Shown here piece after piece: positions 1 through 10,131 of a stretch of DNA of 64,000 nt. The notes under the pieces were generated by a model that worked only from the letters and a program-made list of their open reading frames with translations, made no database searches and was not told the origin of the DNA. How positions within the stretch are numbered: the stretch's first letter is position 1; each line of letters begins with the position of its first letter. Source of the stretch: a virus; the IMG/VR virus record IMGVR_UViG_3300033153_007754, positions 64,001-128,000 of that record, one strand, 5' to 3'. The translations under genes were made by a program, and so were the position numbers.

Positions 1-922
1 CAATCCTATCTTGTGTTTGGTAGAATCGGCCCATTAATTCTTTAATTACCTCGAATCCTTCAGCACCCGCACCACCCGCACTAACATGTATTAATTCGGT
101 TGAATATATGTCAGCATCAGTGTTCTCAATTATCAAATTACTTTCAGATATATTATTACCCTCATTACCTAAAGTTTCATAAAAAGATACCGAAACGCTA
201 CCATATACATTTTTACCCAATTCATCATTAGAAAGTTTGATTAATAATTTATCATCTTCAGTGTAATCTAAATAATAAAACATTCCATCAACTAAAATAT
301 CACTAGTGTCTTCAATAGTTTTATTGTTTGCTAGAAACTCTATTTCAGAATCAGTTGGATTGTGTGTTACAACTAAACTATCATTATCAATATTCCATTT
401 ATGTGTATCTATAATTATTTCATTATCGTTTGTAGATATAAAATAAGTTTTTTCTACTAATTTACCTTGTTTGAATTCATACTTAGAATATGTTTCATCA
501 AACACAGTATCATTTTCTAAAATATGGTAAAATTCAGTGTCATCAGCCTTTACAATAATTACATCACCCTTATCTAATGTTTTACTTGTTACACTAGCAT
601 CTAAATTAGTATCAGAAAGTCTTAATTCTAGTGTAATTCTGCTGGAAATCATCCGTCTTGGTTCATACCCATATTTTTTGATTAAACTCATGATACTACT
701 TTCTATTTTTGCGTTTGGTGTGACTTCGTTTATCATCAAATCAGTCTTTATAGATAAAGTAGTAAAAACATATGTAAGTGCTGAAATCAGTGTTGATATG
801 TTAGAACCATCAAAATTTACATCTTTTAGTTGTGAATTATTTTCAGCAGCTTTTTCTAAAAAATACTTTTTAATTAAAATTGAAACATTTTCAGGTGTAT
901 CATGTAAGTAATTTATATCCAT
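1..922 (-). CDS. Baseplate wedge protein, T4 gp6-like (runs off the left window edge)
   Basis: Not in the ORF track. ATG at 922 gives MDINYLHD...DVNFDGSNISTLISALTY...KKYGYEPRR and later GGAGAEGFEVIK...QDRI, matching the gp6 DFEGS/LAY and GG..ESI..QNR motifs. Confidence 0.8.
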   Translation of the reverse strand, partial: MDINYLHDTPENVSILIKKYFLEKAAENNSQLKDVNFDGSNISTLISALTYVFTTLSIKTDLMINEVTPNAKIESSIMSLIKKYGYEPRRMISSRITLELRLSDTNLDASVTSKTLDKGDVIIVKADDTEFYHILENDTVFDETYSKYEFKQGKLVEKTYFISTNDNEIIIDTHKWNIDNDSLVVTHNPTDSEIEFLANNKTIEDTSDILVDGMFYYLDYTEDDKLLIKLSNDELGKNVYGSVSVSFYETLGNEGNNISESNLIIENTDADIYSTELIHVSAGGAGAEGFEVIKELMGRFYQTQDRI

Positions 923-1060
923 ATTCAACCTTTTTTAAAATTTAATCTAAAACTATTTATTAAATATAGAAAAAATCTTATAATAAGGCACATATTTGAT
1001 AGTAACTTAATTGGTTAAAAGAAGCCCTGCCTTTTGGTAGGGCTAAGACCCAAGTTGTAA

Positions 1061-2041
1061 TTACAATAAAAAACTTTCCGTTGGTGTATTTATTGAGTTT
1101 CTCAACACAATTTCAGAATTGAAATCAATATTGTTTTGGATTAATTCATTTACATCTTTAATTAAAATAATATTAAAATTACTTTTAGCAAATAACTTCC
1201 AACTAAATACATGATATCCATTTAGAATTAATTCATTTGATGTTTCGTAACCAGCTTCATCATTATCCAAAATAAAATATAAATTCTTTTTTGGAATCTC
1301 ATTATTTATACAATATTCAAGAAATAAATCTGTTTTACTTATGCTACCTAATGCAATATTATTATCAAAAAAAATTGAATCAATCTCACCTTCCAATATA
1401 AAAATTGGTTGATTAATATCTATACCATCCATATTAAAAAATGTTAATTCTGGTGGTAATTCCTTTTTGATTGTTAGATATTTAAGTTTAGGTTTTTGTA
1501 ATAATGAACGGCCTTTTAAAGCATATATATCCCCCTTGTAGTCTAAGTATTTAATTAAAATCCTTTTATCAGGGAAATAAAACTTTTTATTTATTTTATT
1601 AATATTATAATATAGCTGCATAAAGTTTTCTGAATATGTAAAAAAGTGGTGTTTATTTTTGGGTATCATTCTTTTTTTTAAGAATATGTTTAATAAATTA
1701 CTATTATCATTAGTGGCATTATTATAATAAATCATTTCTTCTTTAGTAAATACATTAAAATTATGTTCAACACGTTTTTTTTTAATTATAACTTCTTTGG
1801 GTTTAACATATGTTAATAATTCTAGGTTTATATTGGTGTCTGTTTCTGTATGGTAATCTTCCCCGATTCGTTTATAATATTGTTCTGCGTGTATGCTTGT
1901 TTTACACCTAAAACACTTATACCAAATCCCCTTTGGGTGTTTGTCTAAGCCTAAAACATATGCTCTATAATCTTTGGGGTTATCCCCTCTTGAACCATTA
2001 CCGCAAAAGGTACAAAAAACTGATGTTCTATCATTTACCAT
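1061..2041 (-). CDS. DNA primase, T4 gp61-like
   Basis: Zn ribbon CTFCG...YKCFRC; TOPRIM motifs ILEGEIDS, LDND, KDVNE. Confidence 0.92.
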   Translation of the reverse strand: MVNDRTSVFCTFCGNGSRGDNPKDYRAYVLGLDKHPKGIWYKCFRCKTSIHAEQYYKRIGEDYHTETDTNINLELLTYVKPKEVIIKKKRVEHNFNVFTKEEMIYYNNATNDNSNLLNIFLKKRMIPKNKHHFFTYSENFMQLYYNINKINKKFYFPDKRILIKYLDYKGDIYALKGRSLLQKPKLKYLTIKKELPPELTFFNMDGIDINQPIFILEGEIDSIFFDNNIALGSISKTDLFLEYCINNEIPKKNLYFILDNDEAGYETSNELILNGYHVFSWKLFAKSNFNIILIKDVNELIQNNIDFNSEIVLRNSINTPTESFLL

Positions 2042-2933
2042 TTTCTAATCTCTTTAATTTTATTTTAAAATCCATTTCAATTTTATCTAATTCAGTATTC
2101 AATTTTTGGTTGTAACCATCAATATCAATATTTTCATATTTATCAGCATTCATATAATTCATAATTTCCCCTGAAACTTCTATCTCCACATCTGTATTAC
2201 CAGGTGTTTTATAAAAATTAGAACGTTCAATTAATTCTTTATATTTAAAAAATAGTTTTGGTGTTATCTTTCTATTGTCAACTGGGTTTATTATTATATT
2301 ATTATAATCAATTATTCCATCTTCAGATTTAAAATATAAGGAATCGTATTTATTATAAACACTATATTGTTCTTTAAAATCATCTTCACCAAATTGCATC
2401 ATTAATTGTTTTTTTACACTTGGGTGATATTTATTAAAGTTATAAAATCCCTTTACTTTATACCTTTTTAACCTAGTTTTATTTACTTCATATTTTCTAA
2501 ATATTCTATACTTTTCACCAAGCAATTTTCCCGAAACATCTAGTATTAATTTATTCAAATCTCCACTTGGGATTCTTTGTATCTTATTGTTGTGTAAATA
2601 TTCTGGAAATAGTTTATCAAAAAAAAGACTGATGTTTTTATTAGAAGGTTTATTGTATATAACAAAACCAATACCATCATCAACCTCAATTTCAGGGTTT
2701 TCCATCAATGCGGTGAAATCAAAAACCCCTTTACTTTTTTTAAATTCTTCGATATATTTATAGATATTAAATATACCATTTGGAAAAGTTATATCTAATA
2801 ACTGCCAAAAAAATTTATAATTTCTTTGGTTGATTTTTGTGATATTATTTGCATATAAAAGTGATTTGATAATCACTAAATTTTCGTTTGCTGTCTTTCT
2901 GTTTTTTGTTGGTAAATTAAATTTGTTTTCCAT
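2031..2933 (-). CDS. Hypothetical protein
   Basis: 300-aa ORF overlapping the primase start; no motif recognised. Confidence 0.6.
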   Translation of the reverse strand: MENKFNLPTKNRKTANENLVIIKSLLYANNITKINQRNYKFFWQLLDITFPNGIFNIYKYIEEFKKSKGVFDFTALMENPEIEVDDGIGFVIYNKPSNKNISLFFDKLFPEYLHNNKIQRIPSGDLNKLILDVSGKLLGEKYRIFRKYEVNKTRLKRYKVKGFYNFNKYHPSVKKQLMMQFGEDDFKEQYSVYNKYDSLYFKSEDGIIDYNNIIINPVDNRKITPKLFFKYKELIERSNFYKTPGNTDVEIEVSGEIMNYMNADKYENIDIDGYNQKLNTELDKIEMDFKIKLKRLENGK

Positions 2934-3206
2934 TTTATCCGGCCCCTATAAATACCCTAAGAATTATAATATAGGAAGCAAGTAATGTCAAGTATTTACA
3001 TGTAAAATTGCCATATTTTCATTAAAATAACTGATTGCGAAATATGCGTCGACTGATTTATCAATTTTATCTTCATCATATTCTTCTAATAGACTTAAAT
3101 CTTCAATTAAATTAACCAATCTTTTACGATATTCTGTTCTTAATTCAACTATATTGTCTTCATTCATTTAAAAAAAACCCCATTTAAAAACAAATTATAG
3201 TATAAT

Positions 3207-3722
3207 TTATTTATTTAATAAAGGCTTGTATCCGTGACGTTTAAGGCTTCTTTCATCTTCTAGTTTATCAATTAAATTAATTTCATCACCTTTTAAAATA
3301 TTAAACATAATGTGGTATGTTTTTTGGCCTGATGATTCAGTATCAAAAGTACCAACAAAAGCGTATGTATTATTTTTTTTATTATACCAAATTGATTCCA
3401 AATCCTTAAATTTAACCCACCCAAAACCATTCCATTCGGGCTCAACGGAATCTATCATATCTTCAACTTCTTCGTCTAAATCTGAATATAATAATATAAG
3501 CTTAACTTCATCATATGTTAATGGGTTCAATATATAGGCTTCCTTTAATTTCTCTACATTATTTCTTATGTCTTCTAAAACATTAACTGATAAATTATCT
3601 TTTTTTAATAATTCTTTATATTCATTCATTTTAATAGTAATAATGTCTATGTTTTCTTTTTCTATTAGTAGCTTTTCAGCTACTATTTTTTGTAATCCAT
3701 CAATTTCTTTAATTAAATCCAT
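3207..3722 (-). CDS. Hypothetical protein (late promoter upstream)
   Basis: ORF with GAGG RBS and TATAAATA upstream. Confidence 0.6.
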   Translation of the reverse strand: MDLIKEIDGLQKIVAEKLLIEKENIDIITIKMNEYKELLKKDNLSVNVLEDIRNNVEKLKEAYILNPLTYDEVKLILLYSDLDEEVEDMIDSVEPEWNGFGWVKFKDLESIWYNKKNNTYAFVGTFDTESSGQKTYHIMFNILKGDEINLIDKLEDERSLKRHGYKPLLNK

Positions 3723-3744
3723 TATATAACCTCTTTATCAATAA

Positions 3745-3760
3745 TATAAATATATTTATA
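3745..3760. promoter_or_regulatory. Pair of inverted T4-type late promoter motifs (TATAAATA/TATTTATA)
   Basis: Perfect TATAAATA on both strands between divergent ORFs. Confidence 0.55.
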
Positions 3761-3779
3761 AATTTTAATAAGGTAAAAT

Positions 3780-4121
3780 ATGAGTGATTTTAAAAGTGAA
3801 ATAACATTAAAAAAAATTGTAGAAGGTGTTACAGATATTAAAGAATTATTTCCTGAAACTGTTAGTGGATATACTTATTATAATAAAATAGAATTAAGTA
3901 TTGCAGCAGCAACGAATAAGGATATTGTATTTGAAAATTCTACTAAATTGTTTATTTTTGCTGAAAATGCTGTAACAATTAAACATGATAATGCGGATAG
4001 TATTGTGTTGGCGAAAGGAAAAAAGTTAATATTGGATAACACGGACGGTTTAACTACTATTAATATAGAAAATGAATCAACTGATACACCTGTATTAGTT
4101 AAATTATTTTTAGTTAATTAA
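3780..4121 (+). CDS. Hypothetical protein, possibly virion
   Basis: Beta-rich composition; late promoter and AAGGT RBS. Confidence 0.55.
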   Translation: MSDFKSEITLKKIVEGVTDIKELFPETVSGYTYYNKIELSIAAATNKDIVFENSTKLFIFAENAVTIKHDNADSIVLAKGKKLILDNTDGLTTINIENESTDTPVLVKLFLVN

Positions 4122-4146
4122 AAATTAGGTAACTATGCTTTAAGCC

Positions 4147-5127
4147 CTACACAAAAACGGTATTGATATCACTAACAATAAACCCAGCAGCCCCAGCGTG
4201 TCCACCACCTTTATTTCCATTATACACAAATTGAGCTGCTATATAAGATACATCTATTCCTTCTTTATCCGACCAAATGGAACACCTATATTTATCACCA
4301 TCAAAGATATACCCAATCATCAAATCCCATTTCTCTGAGTCCCATTTTGAATCATATGTTAGTGATGTTCTATCACTAGTGTTTAAAACCAAAGCTTTAA
4401 GTTTTTTATCCAATTGTTCTGCATAAACTTCTCTTGTATAAGAATAAGAATGAACGTTTATTTTATCTTTTACTTGTTGGTAATACAATAAAGATTTCCC
4501 TTCATTTAAAATTCTATCTATATCTAAAAACCATTTATTAGGTTTTCTGTTATAAATACCAGCACTATATATATCTTCCCAATTTTCATAATTGAAAATA
4601 GTACTTAAACTCTGTTTTTTCATACCAAATTGAAACGGTAATATTTTATTTTTCCATTTGTTCATATCAGATTTATCAAATACATCATAACGACCTAATA
4701 AATTAATAACACGTGGTATTTTTTCGTCACCTCTGAAGTATTTCCAAACTAATTCTATTGCAGAAAAGTTAGTATCCCTTATACCCTCAAACACACCTTC
4801 CATTTCTAAATAAGTTTTTTCGTGGTGGTCAATCCATGTAAAACTTTTACAATATTCACCACTATTTAATTTATCCATATATTCTTGTGGAAAAGATAAA
4901 TCTGTCATAAAAATATGAACTGGGTTAAACTCCTGTATGTCTAATATAACATTTTCATAATTTTCATAATATCTAAGTGGCTTAAACTCGATTAATTCAG
5001 GGTTAAAATTGTATTGGTGGGATAGTAAAAACTTTACTAATGCACCACTACCTTTTCCATCCAAGTCACCTTTATCATGAATAATCAAGGTTTTATCATT
5101 TACTGCATATTCTTTCATTTTATTCAT
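4147..5127 (-). CDS. DHH/DHHA1-family phosphoesterase
   Basis: DLDG, TDLS, IDHH and GGGHAGAAG motifs. Confidence 0.9.
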   Translation of the reverse strand: MNKMKEYAVNDKTLIIHDKGDLDGKGSGALVKFLLSHQYNFNPELIEFKPLRYYENYENVILDIQEFNPVHIFMTDLSFPQEYMDKLNSGEYCKSFTWIDHHEKTYLEMEGVFEGIRDTNFSAIELVWKYFRGDEKIPRVINLLGRYDVFDKSDMNKWKNKILPFQFGMKKQSLSTIFNYENWEDIYSAGIYNRKPNKWFLDIDRILNEGKSLLYYQQVKDKINVHSYSYTREVYAEQLDKKLKALVLNTSDRTSLTYDSKWDSEKWDLMIGYIFDGDKYRCSIWSDKEGIDVSYIAAQFVYNGNKGGGHAGAAGFIVSDINTVFV

Positions 5128-5836
5128 CCAATACGGTATTCATGATTATTATGAAATCTGTTTCTGTAGATTCCCATTTAACTAATCTAATATTTTCATA
5201 AAAAGTTATATCCCAAGAATCAACATGTGGAAACCAATTTAATGTGTGTGTATTTTCTTCAAATGCTTCTGAAGATTCAGAAATCTTTTCCTTAATTTCA
5301 TTTCCAGTACCAGTTGTTTTAATAAAAGATACATTACCATCTTTGATAGTGAATTGATATTCACCTTCATATGAATGAAACATATCATTCAATTTTTTTA
5401 ATTCTTTAAATCTTTCAGAAGATAGTGAAACTGTTGTTTTTTTAGCACCTGAAAACACATTTTTTTCTAAAGTATCCACTGCGCTCATAACGGTTATGTC
5501 ATCACCATTTTTATTCTTTGTTAAATGATTATCTGTTTCATCAGTGCTAAAAGTATATACCATACTTCTTTCATTATTTTTAATTTTTAGATGACTTTCT
5601 TCATTAACAACCGTTTCAAATTCCAGTGTTGGTAATTTATCTGGTGTTACAACAGTAAACAAAGCCATTTTATTTAAAAAATCTTTGATAGAATGTAACT
5701 CTTTACCCTCAAAATCACCAAAACCATCTAATGTTGTTTTAACAAAAATAGAACCATGTTCATCACTAATTGCAACACTATGTTCTAATTTTAATAAATC
5801 TGTGTAATTGCTTAATTTTCTTAAATTAATTAACAT
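5120..5836 (-). CDS. Sliding clamp, T4 gp45-like (start moved to ATG 5836)
   Basis: LHSIKDFLNKMALF resembles gp45 IYDLNGFLGILSL; size about 240 aa; clustered with gp32 and gp44; AGGGG RBS. Confidence 0.6.
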   Translation of the reverse strand: MLINLRKLSNYTDLLKLEHSVAISDEHGSIFVKTTLDGFGDFEGKELHSIKDFLNKMALFTVVTPDKLPTLEFETVVNEESHLKIKNNERSMVYTFSTDETDNHLTKNKNGDDITVMSAVDTLEKNVFSGAKKTTVSLSSERFKELKKLNDMFHSYEGEYQFTIKDGNVSFIKTTGTGNEIKEKISESSEAFEENTHTLNWFPHVDSWDITFYENIRLVKWESTETDFIIIMNTVLDE

Positions 5837-6035
5837 TTTCACCCCTATTATTTTTCTTGTTTTTAGTTTCAGCATTCTTTGTTTTTTTGTCAATATTCAC
5901 CTGGTGTTTATATGTATGTTTTGGTACATATTTAAAACCACCAAGTCTAACTAAGTTTTCTGCAATACCATCAGATTTTCTAACAATACGACCTGTTTTT
6001 ATTTCTTTAATTGTTTTCATTTTTATCTCCATCAA
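5826..6035 (-). CDS. Small basic hypothetical protein
   Basis: ORF packed into the replication operon. Confidence 0.5.
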   Translation of the reverse strand: MMEIKMKTIKEIKTGRIVRKSDGIAENLVRLGGFKYVPKHTYKHQVNIDKKTKNAETKNKKNNRGENVN

Positions 6036-6291
6036 GACTGATTATGACCATTTCGGTCAAGGTTGATAAACGACCCATATTAAAAATAATTTCCCTTGCT
6101 GATTGCCTTTTAATTGTTACATTCATTGCAAAACCCTCAACACTATTAAAAAGTGTGTTTAAAAGAACCATATCAGTTAAAAATGGTTGCAGCATTACTA
6201 GCTTTCGGTTAATATCACCAACAAGTGCTATATAATCAGTTACACCATAATCATTTAATAACTCATACAATTCTTTTAACACATCTTTCAT
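6007..6291 (-). CDS. Hypothetical protein
   Basis: ORF in operon. Confidence 0.55.
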   Translation of the reverse strand: MKDVLKELYELLNDYGVTDYIALVGDINRKLVMLQPFLTDMVLLNTLFNSVEGFAMNVTIKRQSAREIIFNMGRLSTLTEMVIISLDGDKNENN

Positions 6292-6302
6292 TTTTTTCTA
6301 TC

Positions 6303-7175
6303 CTAAATGTCTGTAATTAAATCATTTACCGTATTCTTATTTACCACAATATCACTTTTAGCTTTTTCATTTTTAACTTCATCCTGTTTTGGGTTAATAT
6401 TAACTTCTTCCTTATGTCCATCAAGAATTTTTTGAACATCTGTTACAATATCATTATATGGTTTTAAATTTTGTTCCATCTTAGTAACAACTTCAGTGAT
6501 GGATGGTAAAGCTGTATATTCAACATCTAATTCACTAAGATGGTGGTCTTTGGGTAGAACAGCAATATTCCAATTCAATTTATTTTGGTCTGGTACTGTA
6601 ACAACTACTTTTAATATCTTACCTTTTTCTGCAAAATAAGGTGTACCCACATCTTCATCAGCATATAATTCCCATAATTTTTCTTTTACGGTTTTTGAAA
6701 AATACCATCTAAATATTTTACCAACATTATCAGGGTTGCTACTATCTTCAGTTACATAAATAAAAGCATACTGTGATTTTTTACTTTTTAATTCTTGATA
6801 TAATTCCTTATCCTTATTTTCCATATCTTCAGGATAAGACTGAAATATTTCTGAAATTAAAGCCTTAGTCTTACCTTCTTCTTTTGTACAAATAGGACAA
6901 TCTTTTCCAAACAGTGTAGGACATACACAATATAATTCAGAAGTGAATTTACCATCAACCTTTTTTTGGTATGCCTTATGCGTAATACTTTCGATAAAAA
7001 ACAATTCGTTATCAATCGCCTTACCATCACAAATTGATGGTAGAATACGTGCTTTAAATACGTGCTTTTTTCCTGTCTTTGGTGTCTCAAAACGATACAA
7101 ACCGGGGAATCCTGTGTTTGATTTATTTTGTGCTTCTGTTTCAGATTTCTTTGCATAATCTTTTAATGATATCAT
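6303..7175 (-). CDS. ssDNA-binding protein, T4 gp32-like (start ATG 7175)
   Basis: RILP, CPTLFGKDCPIC, NPDNVGKIF; AGGAG RBS. Confidence 0.88.
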   Translation of the reverse strand: MISLKDYAKKSETEAQNKSNTGFPGLYRFETPKTGKKHVFKARILPSICDGKAIDNELFFIESITHKAYQKKVDGKFTSELYCVCPTLFGKDCPICTKEEGKTKALISEIFQSYPEDMENKDKELYQELKSKKSQYAFIYVTEDSSNPDNVGKIFRWYFSKTVKEKLWELYADEDVGTPYFAEKGKILKVVVTVPDQNKLNWNIAVLPKDHHLSELDVEYTALPSITEVVTKMEQNLKPYNDIVTDVQKILDGHKEEVNINPKQDEVKNEKAKSDIVVNKNTVNDLITDI

Positions 7176-7238
7176 TTTACTCCTTTGTAATAATATGATT
7201 GTTAATATAATACATTTTTTCATTATTTAATAAACTTT

Positions 7239-8249
7239 TTATTTAACCAACTTACTTAATATTAATAATAAATTTGTAATAGTAATTACTTTATCCACAC
7301 TAAATGAAATTTCCCAGCTTGCACGTGCCAATTCAACAATAGCCTGGTGTTCACCTTTTTCTACAAAATATTTTCTTAATTCAACAAAAATTTGATTCTC
7401 AACATATGTATTTTTCGCATATTCGTGTAACTCTCTTATGTCACCTTTTTTTAAAATATCTATTAATAATTTACTATCAATATTTTGTATTTTATTCTTT
7501 AAATCCCCGTTTCTAATATATTCCTGGTATAATATAGAAAGAATACTTCTAAAATCAGGATAAAACATTTTAATGGCATCAACAACAACACTTTCTTCAT
7601 ATTCTATACTTTCTTTTTTTAATATTGAAAATATTCTATGTAATAATTGTGTGATTATTTCACTCTGATTTTCTTTATATATTTTATCTAAAAATAATTC
7701 CCCAGATTTAAACCGACTTCTAATTGGTGGTATTATTTTTTCTGGATAATTAAGTGTTGCAATAAACCTAACCCTGTCTTTATATTCTTCTATAAAACCC
7801 CTTAATGATTTTTGTGCTTCTACTGTAAAATTATCAAATTCGTCCAATACAATTATCTTTTTGTCTATATCATTTTGTGTATATGCGAGTACTGATTTTC
7901 TAGTAGCAAATTCTTGTAATTGTTTTCTAACAACATCTATACCATTTTGTGTGGATGCATTAATGAATAATGGTTTTATATTTAATTCTTTTGTTATTAT
8001 TTTTGCAAGTGTTGTTTTACCTAAACCTTGATATCCAATTAACATTATATTTGGCATATCTAATTTATATGAACCATTTCTTTTCTTTTCCAAACTAATC
8101 CAATTCTTCACTAATTGTTTATATTTTTCTGGAAAAACATATTCATTTAAATCTTCAGGATGGTATCTATCCACCCAATCTTTTGATGCTTTCATTTTAT
8201 CAACCACTTCCTTAATGTTTATTTTTTTACCATCCTTTTTTTTAGTCAT
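7239..8249 (-). CDS. Clamp loader AAA+ subunit, T4 gp44-like
   Basis: GLGKTT, INAS, VLDEFD, AQKSLRGFIEE, PIRSR. Confidence 0.93.
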   Translation of the reverse strand: MTKKKDGKKINIKEVVDKMKASKDWVDRYHPEDLNEYVFPEKYKQLVKNWISLEKKRNGSYKLDMPNIMLIGYQGLGKTTLAKIITKELNIKPLFINASTQNGIDVVRKQLQEFATRKSVLAYTQNDIDKKIIVLDEFDNFTVEAQKSLRGFIEEYKDRVRFIATLNYPEKIIPPIRSRFKSGELFLDKIYKENQSEIITQLLHRIFSILKKESIEYEESVVVDAIKMFYPDFRSILSILYQEYIRNGDLKNKIQNIDSKLLIDILKKGDIRELHEYAKNTYVENQIFVELRKYFVEKGEHQAIVELARASWEISFSVDKVITITNLLLILSKLVK

Positions 8250-8328
8250 TCATTTACCTCACTATAGTATATCATGAAATATTATTACATTTTTTTTTTA
8301 TTTAACTAAATCATTTTAAAAAAAATAC

Positions 8329-8399
8329 TTGACAAACCCAAAAAAAACTGTATATTGTAGATAGATGGCAATTAAGCCATGATTCAATAGGAGAATGAT
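8329..8399 (+). promoter_or_regulatory. Early promoter + stem-loop + RBS cassette, copy 1
   Basis: TTGACA...TATATT, ATGGC-AATTAA-GCCAT (8365-8380), AGGAGA. Confidence 0.85.
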
Positions 8400-9380
8400 A
8401 TGATTGAGAATACTATGTGGTGTCCAAATTGTAATGAGGGCGAGGAATTAAAGAACATTAGTGATGGAAATATAAAGTGTAGAACATGTGGGTACATAGG
8501 AAAGCCGAATTGTCTTACCAATCCGTCATCGACAGAATTGGTAACCAGTGAGGAAGATATTAACGAATTGGTAGATTGTGTTACGGATAAATCACATCAA
8601 ACAACTGGTATTGGCTTTTTTAGTGCAGGGTCTGTTGATATAATTAATTTAATAAATGAAAATGAAGGGTTATTGAAATATGATTCATATGGTTCATTTA
8701 TTTTTATTATTTGGAATGGGGAAAACACCCAAAAAGTAATAGATTTATTAAAAAAAGGCGATGTGTTTCATGCCTTTATTTTAAATCACAATCATTGGTC
8801 ATATTCACAGGAAGATACACTTAAAAGAATTTCAGGTCTAATTCAATATTGGAATAACCATACTTCATCCATTACCTATCATAAGGTAAAAAATCAACAA
8901 ATTGAATTAAATAAAAAACATGTAGAATGTATGGAAGGTATGGGAGTATATTCTACTAAAGATATTAATGATTTTATGCATCCAATATATTTACTAAACA
9001 GAATATATAAAAACAAAGAAATAACTAAAAGGGATATGGGTGAGTTAAAAAAACTTATCCCTGATAATGCTGAAGGGATTAAATTAATTGAAAATTTTAA
9101 ATCTGATGTGTGTAGAGATTTTTTTCACCATGGTCATTTAGGTTATGATGAATATTTAGATACACATCTACCCATTTACAATATGTTAATAAAAAATCTA
9201 CCAGAAAACATTAAAAAAATCATATCTGGAGGGACTGATTCTTATAGTTACTCATATGAAGAAGAATGGGGTAAAAGAATGAACCAAAATGTCCATAGAA
9301 TTGACACTGAATTTATGCTTAATCAATTAAAAGGTTTAAGGCAATATGCTAGACTATTAATAGATATAGAAAAAAACTAA
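8400..9380 (+). CDS. Early hypothetical protein with N-terminal Zn ribbon
   Basis: CPNC...CRTCG; directly behind cassette 1. Confidence 0.7.
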   Translation: MIENTMWCPNCNEGEELKNISDGNIKCRTCGYIGKPNCLTNPSSTELVTSEEDINELVDCVTDKSHQTTGIGFFSAGSVDIINLINENEGLLKYDSYGSFIFIIWNGENTQKVIDLLKKGDVFHAFILNHNHWSYSQEDTLKRISGLIQYWNNHTSSITYHKVKNQQIELNKKHVECMEGMGVYSTKDINDFMHPIYLLNRIYKNKEITKRDMGELKKLIPDNAEGIKLIENFKSDVCRDFFHHGHLGYDEYLDTHLPIYNMLIKNLPENIKKIISGGTDSYSYSYEEEWGKRMNQNVHRIDTEFMLNQLKGLRQYARLLIDIEKN

Positions 9381-9415
9381 ACAATCCCCAATTAAATAAA
9401 ATAAAATAAAAACGC

Positions 9416-9485
9416 TTGACGAATCCCGAAAAATCAGTATACTCTAAGTAGATGGTAATTAAGCCATAACCCAAGGGAGGATACT
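9416..9485 (+). promoter_or_regulatory. Early promoter + stem-loop cassette, copy 2
   Basis: TTGACG...TATACT, ATGGT-AATTAA-GCCAT (9452-9467), GGAGG. Confidence 0.85.
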
Positions 9486-10073
9486 ATGAAAGTCATTGAA
9501 TCAAATAACGCATATATGCAGAAAGCGGAATCAATAATTATAACTTTTATTCAACCTATGTTTCATAGGGATTATAAGAATTCTTTAATGTATAATATCA
9601 AAGAAGTGTTATCATACCTATCAAAAAGAAAAAACACACCATCATTAAGCCTACATTGGTTGAATATGTCTTTAGAAAATGGATTCACTCACATGGCATT
9701 AAATAAAAGAATAGAAAAAAAAACTATAAAAAAACTTAATAAAATTAGATTAAAAAAAATATCATTATCCGATAATGAATATAGGTTACTGGGTACACAC
9801 ATTGGTTTAAATGGTAGTAATTCAATTAACTCTTTGGTTGATGATAACTATTCTTATGTTGCACTAGAAGATTATAAGGATGGAACTAATTTTTCAAAAC
9901 ATAAAATAGCCGGTTTAATATCTTCATTAGAAGAAAAAGGTTTTATATATAATGAAGATATTGGTCAAAATACTTTATATGTATTAAATGTTGATTATTT
10001 ATTAGAATATATTTTAACTGAGGAAGAATGTAGTATGTCTTTTTGGGATTGGGAATTATTCAGAGTGAAATAA
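9486..10073 (+). CDS. Early hypothetical protein (possible C-terminal wHTH)
   Basis: SKHKIAGLISSLEEKGFI is winged-helix-like. Confidence 0.55.
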   Translation: MKVIESNNAYMQKAESIIITFIQPMFHRDYKNSLMYNIKEVLSYLSKRKNTPSLSLHWLNMSLENGFTHMALNKRIEKKTIKKLNKIRLKKISLSDNEYRLLGTHIGLNGSNSINSLVDDNYSYVALEDYKDGTNFSKHKIAGLISSLEEKGFIYNEDIGQNTLYVLNVDYLLEYILTEEECSMSFWDWELFRVK

Positions 10074-10131
10074 AACATCAGACCTAAACAAGTCTTAAAA
10101 CTGTTTTTTTTTCATTAGGAGGGTTGTAATA

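Noticed and set aside
537-911. Plus-strand ORF 537..911 and the many similar short antisense ORFs in the track
   Set aside because: Shadows of real genes on the opposite strand (here gp6-like); no RBS or motifs.
995-1050. tRNA-like or IS200/605-end-like element (hairpin AGCCCTGCC-TTTT-GGTAGGGCT)
   Set aside because: No T-arm or acceptor stem and no transposase/TnpB nearby; most simply a terminator-like hairpin.
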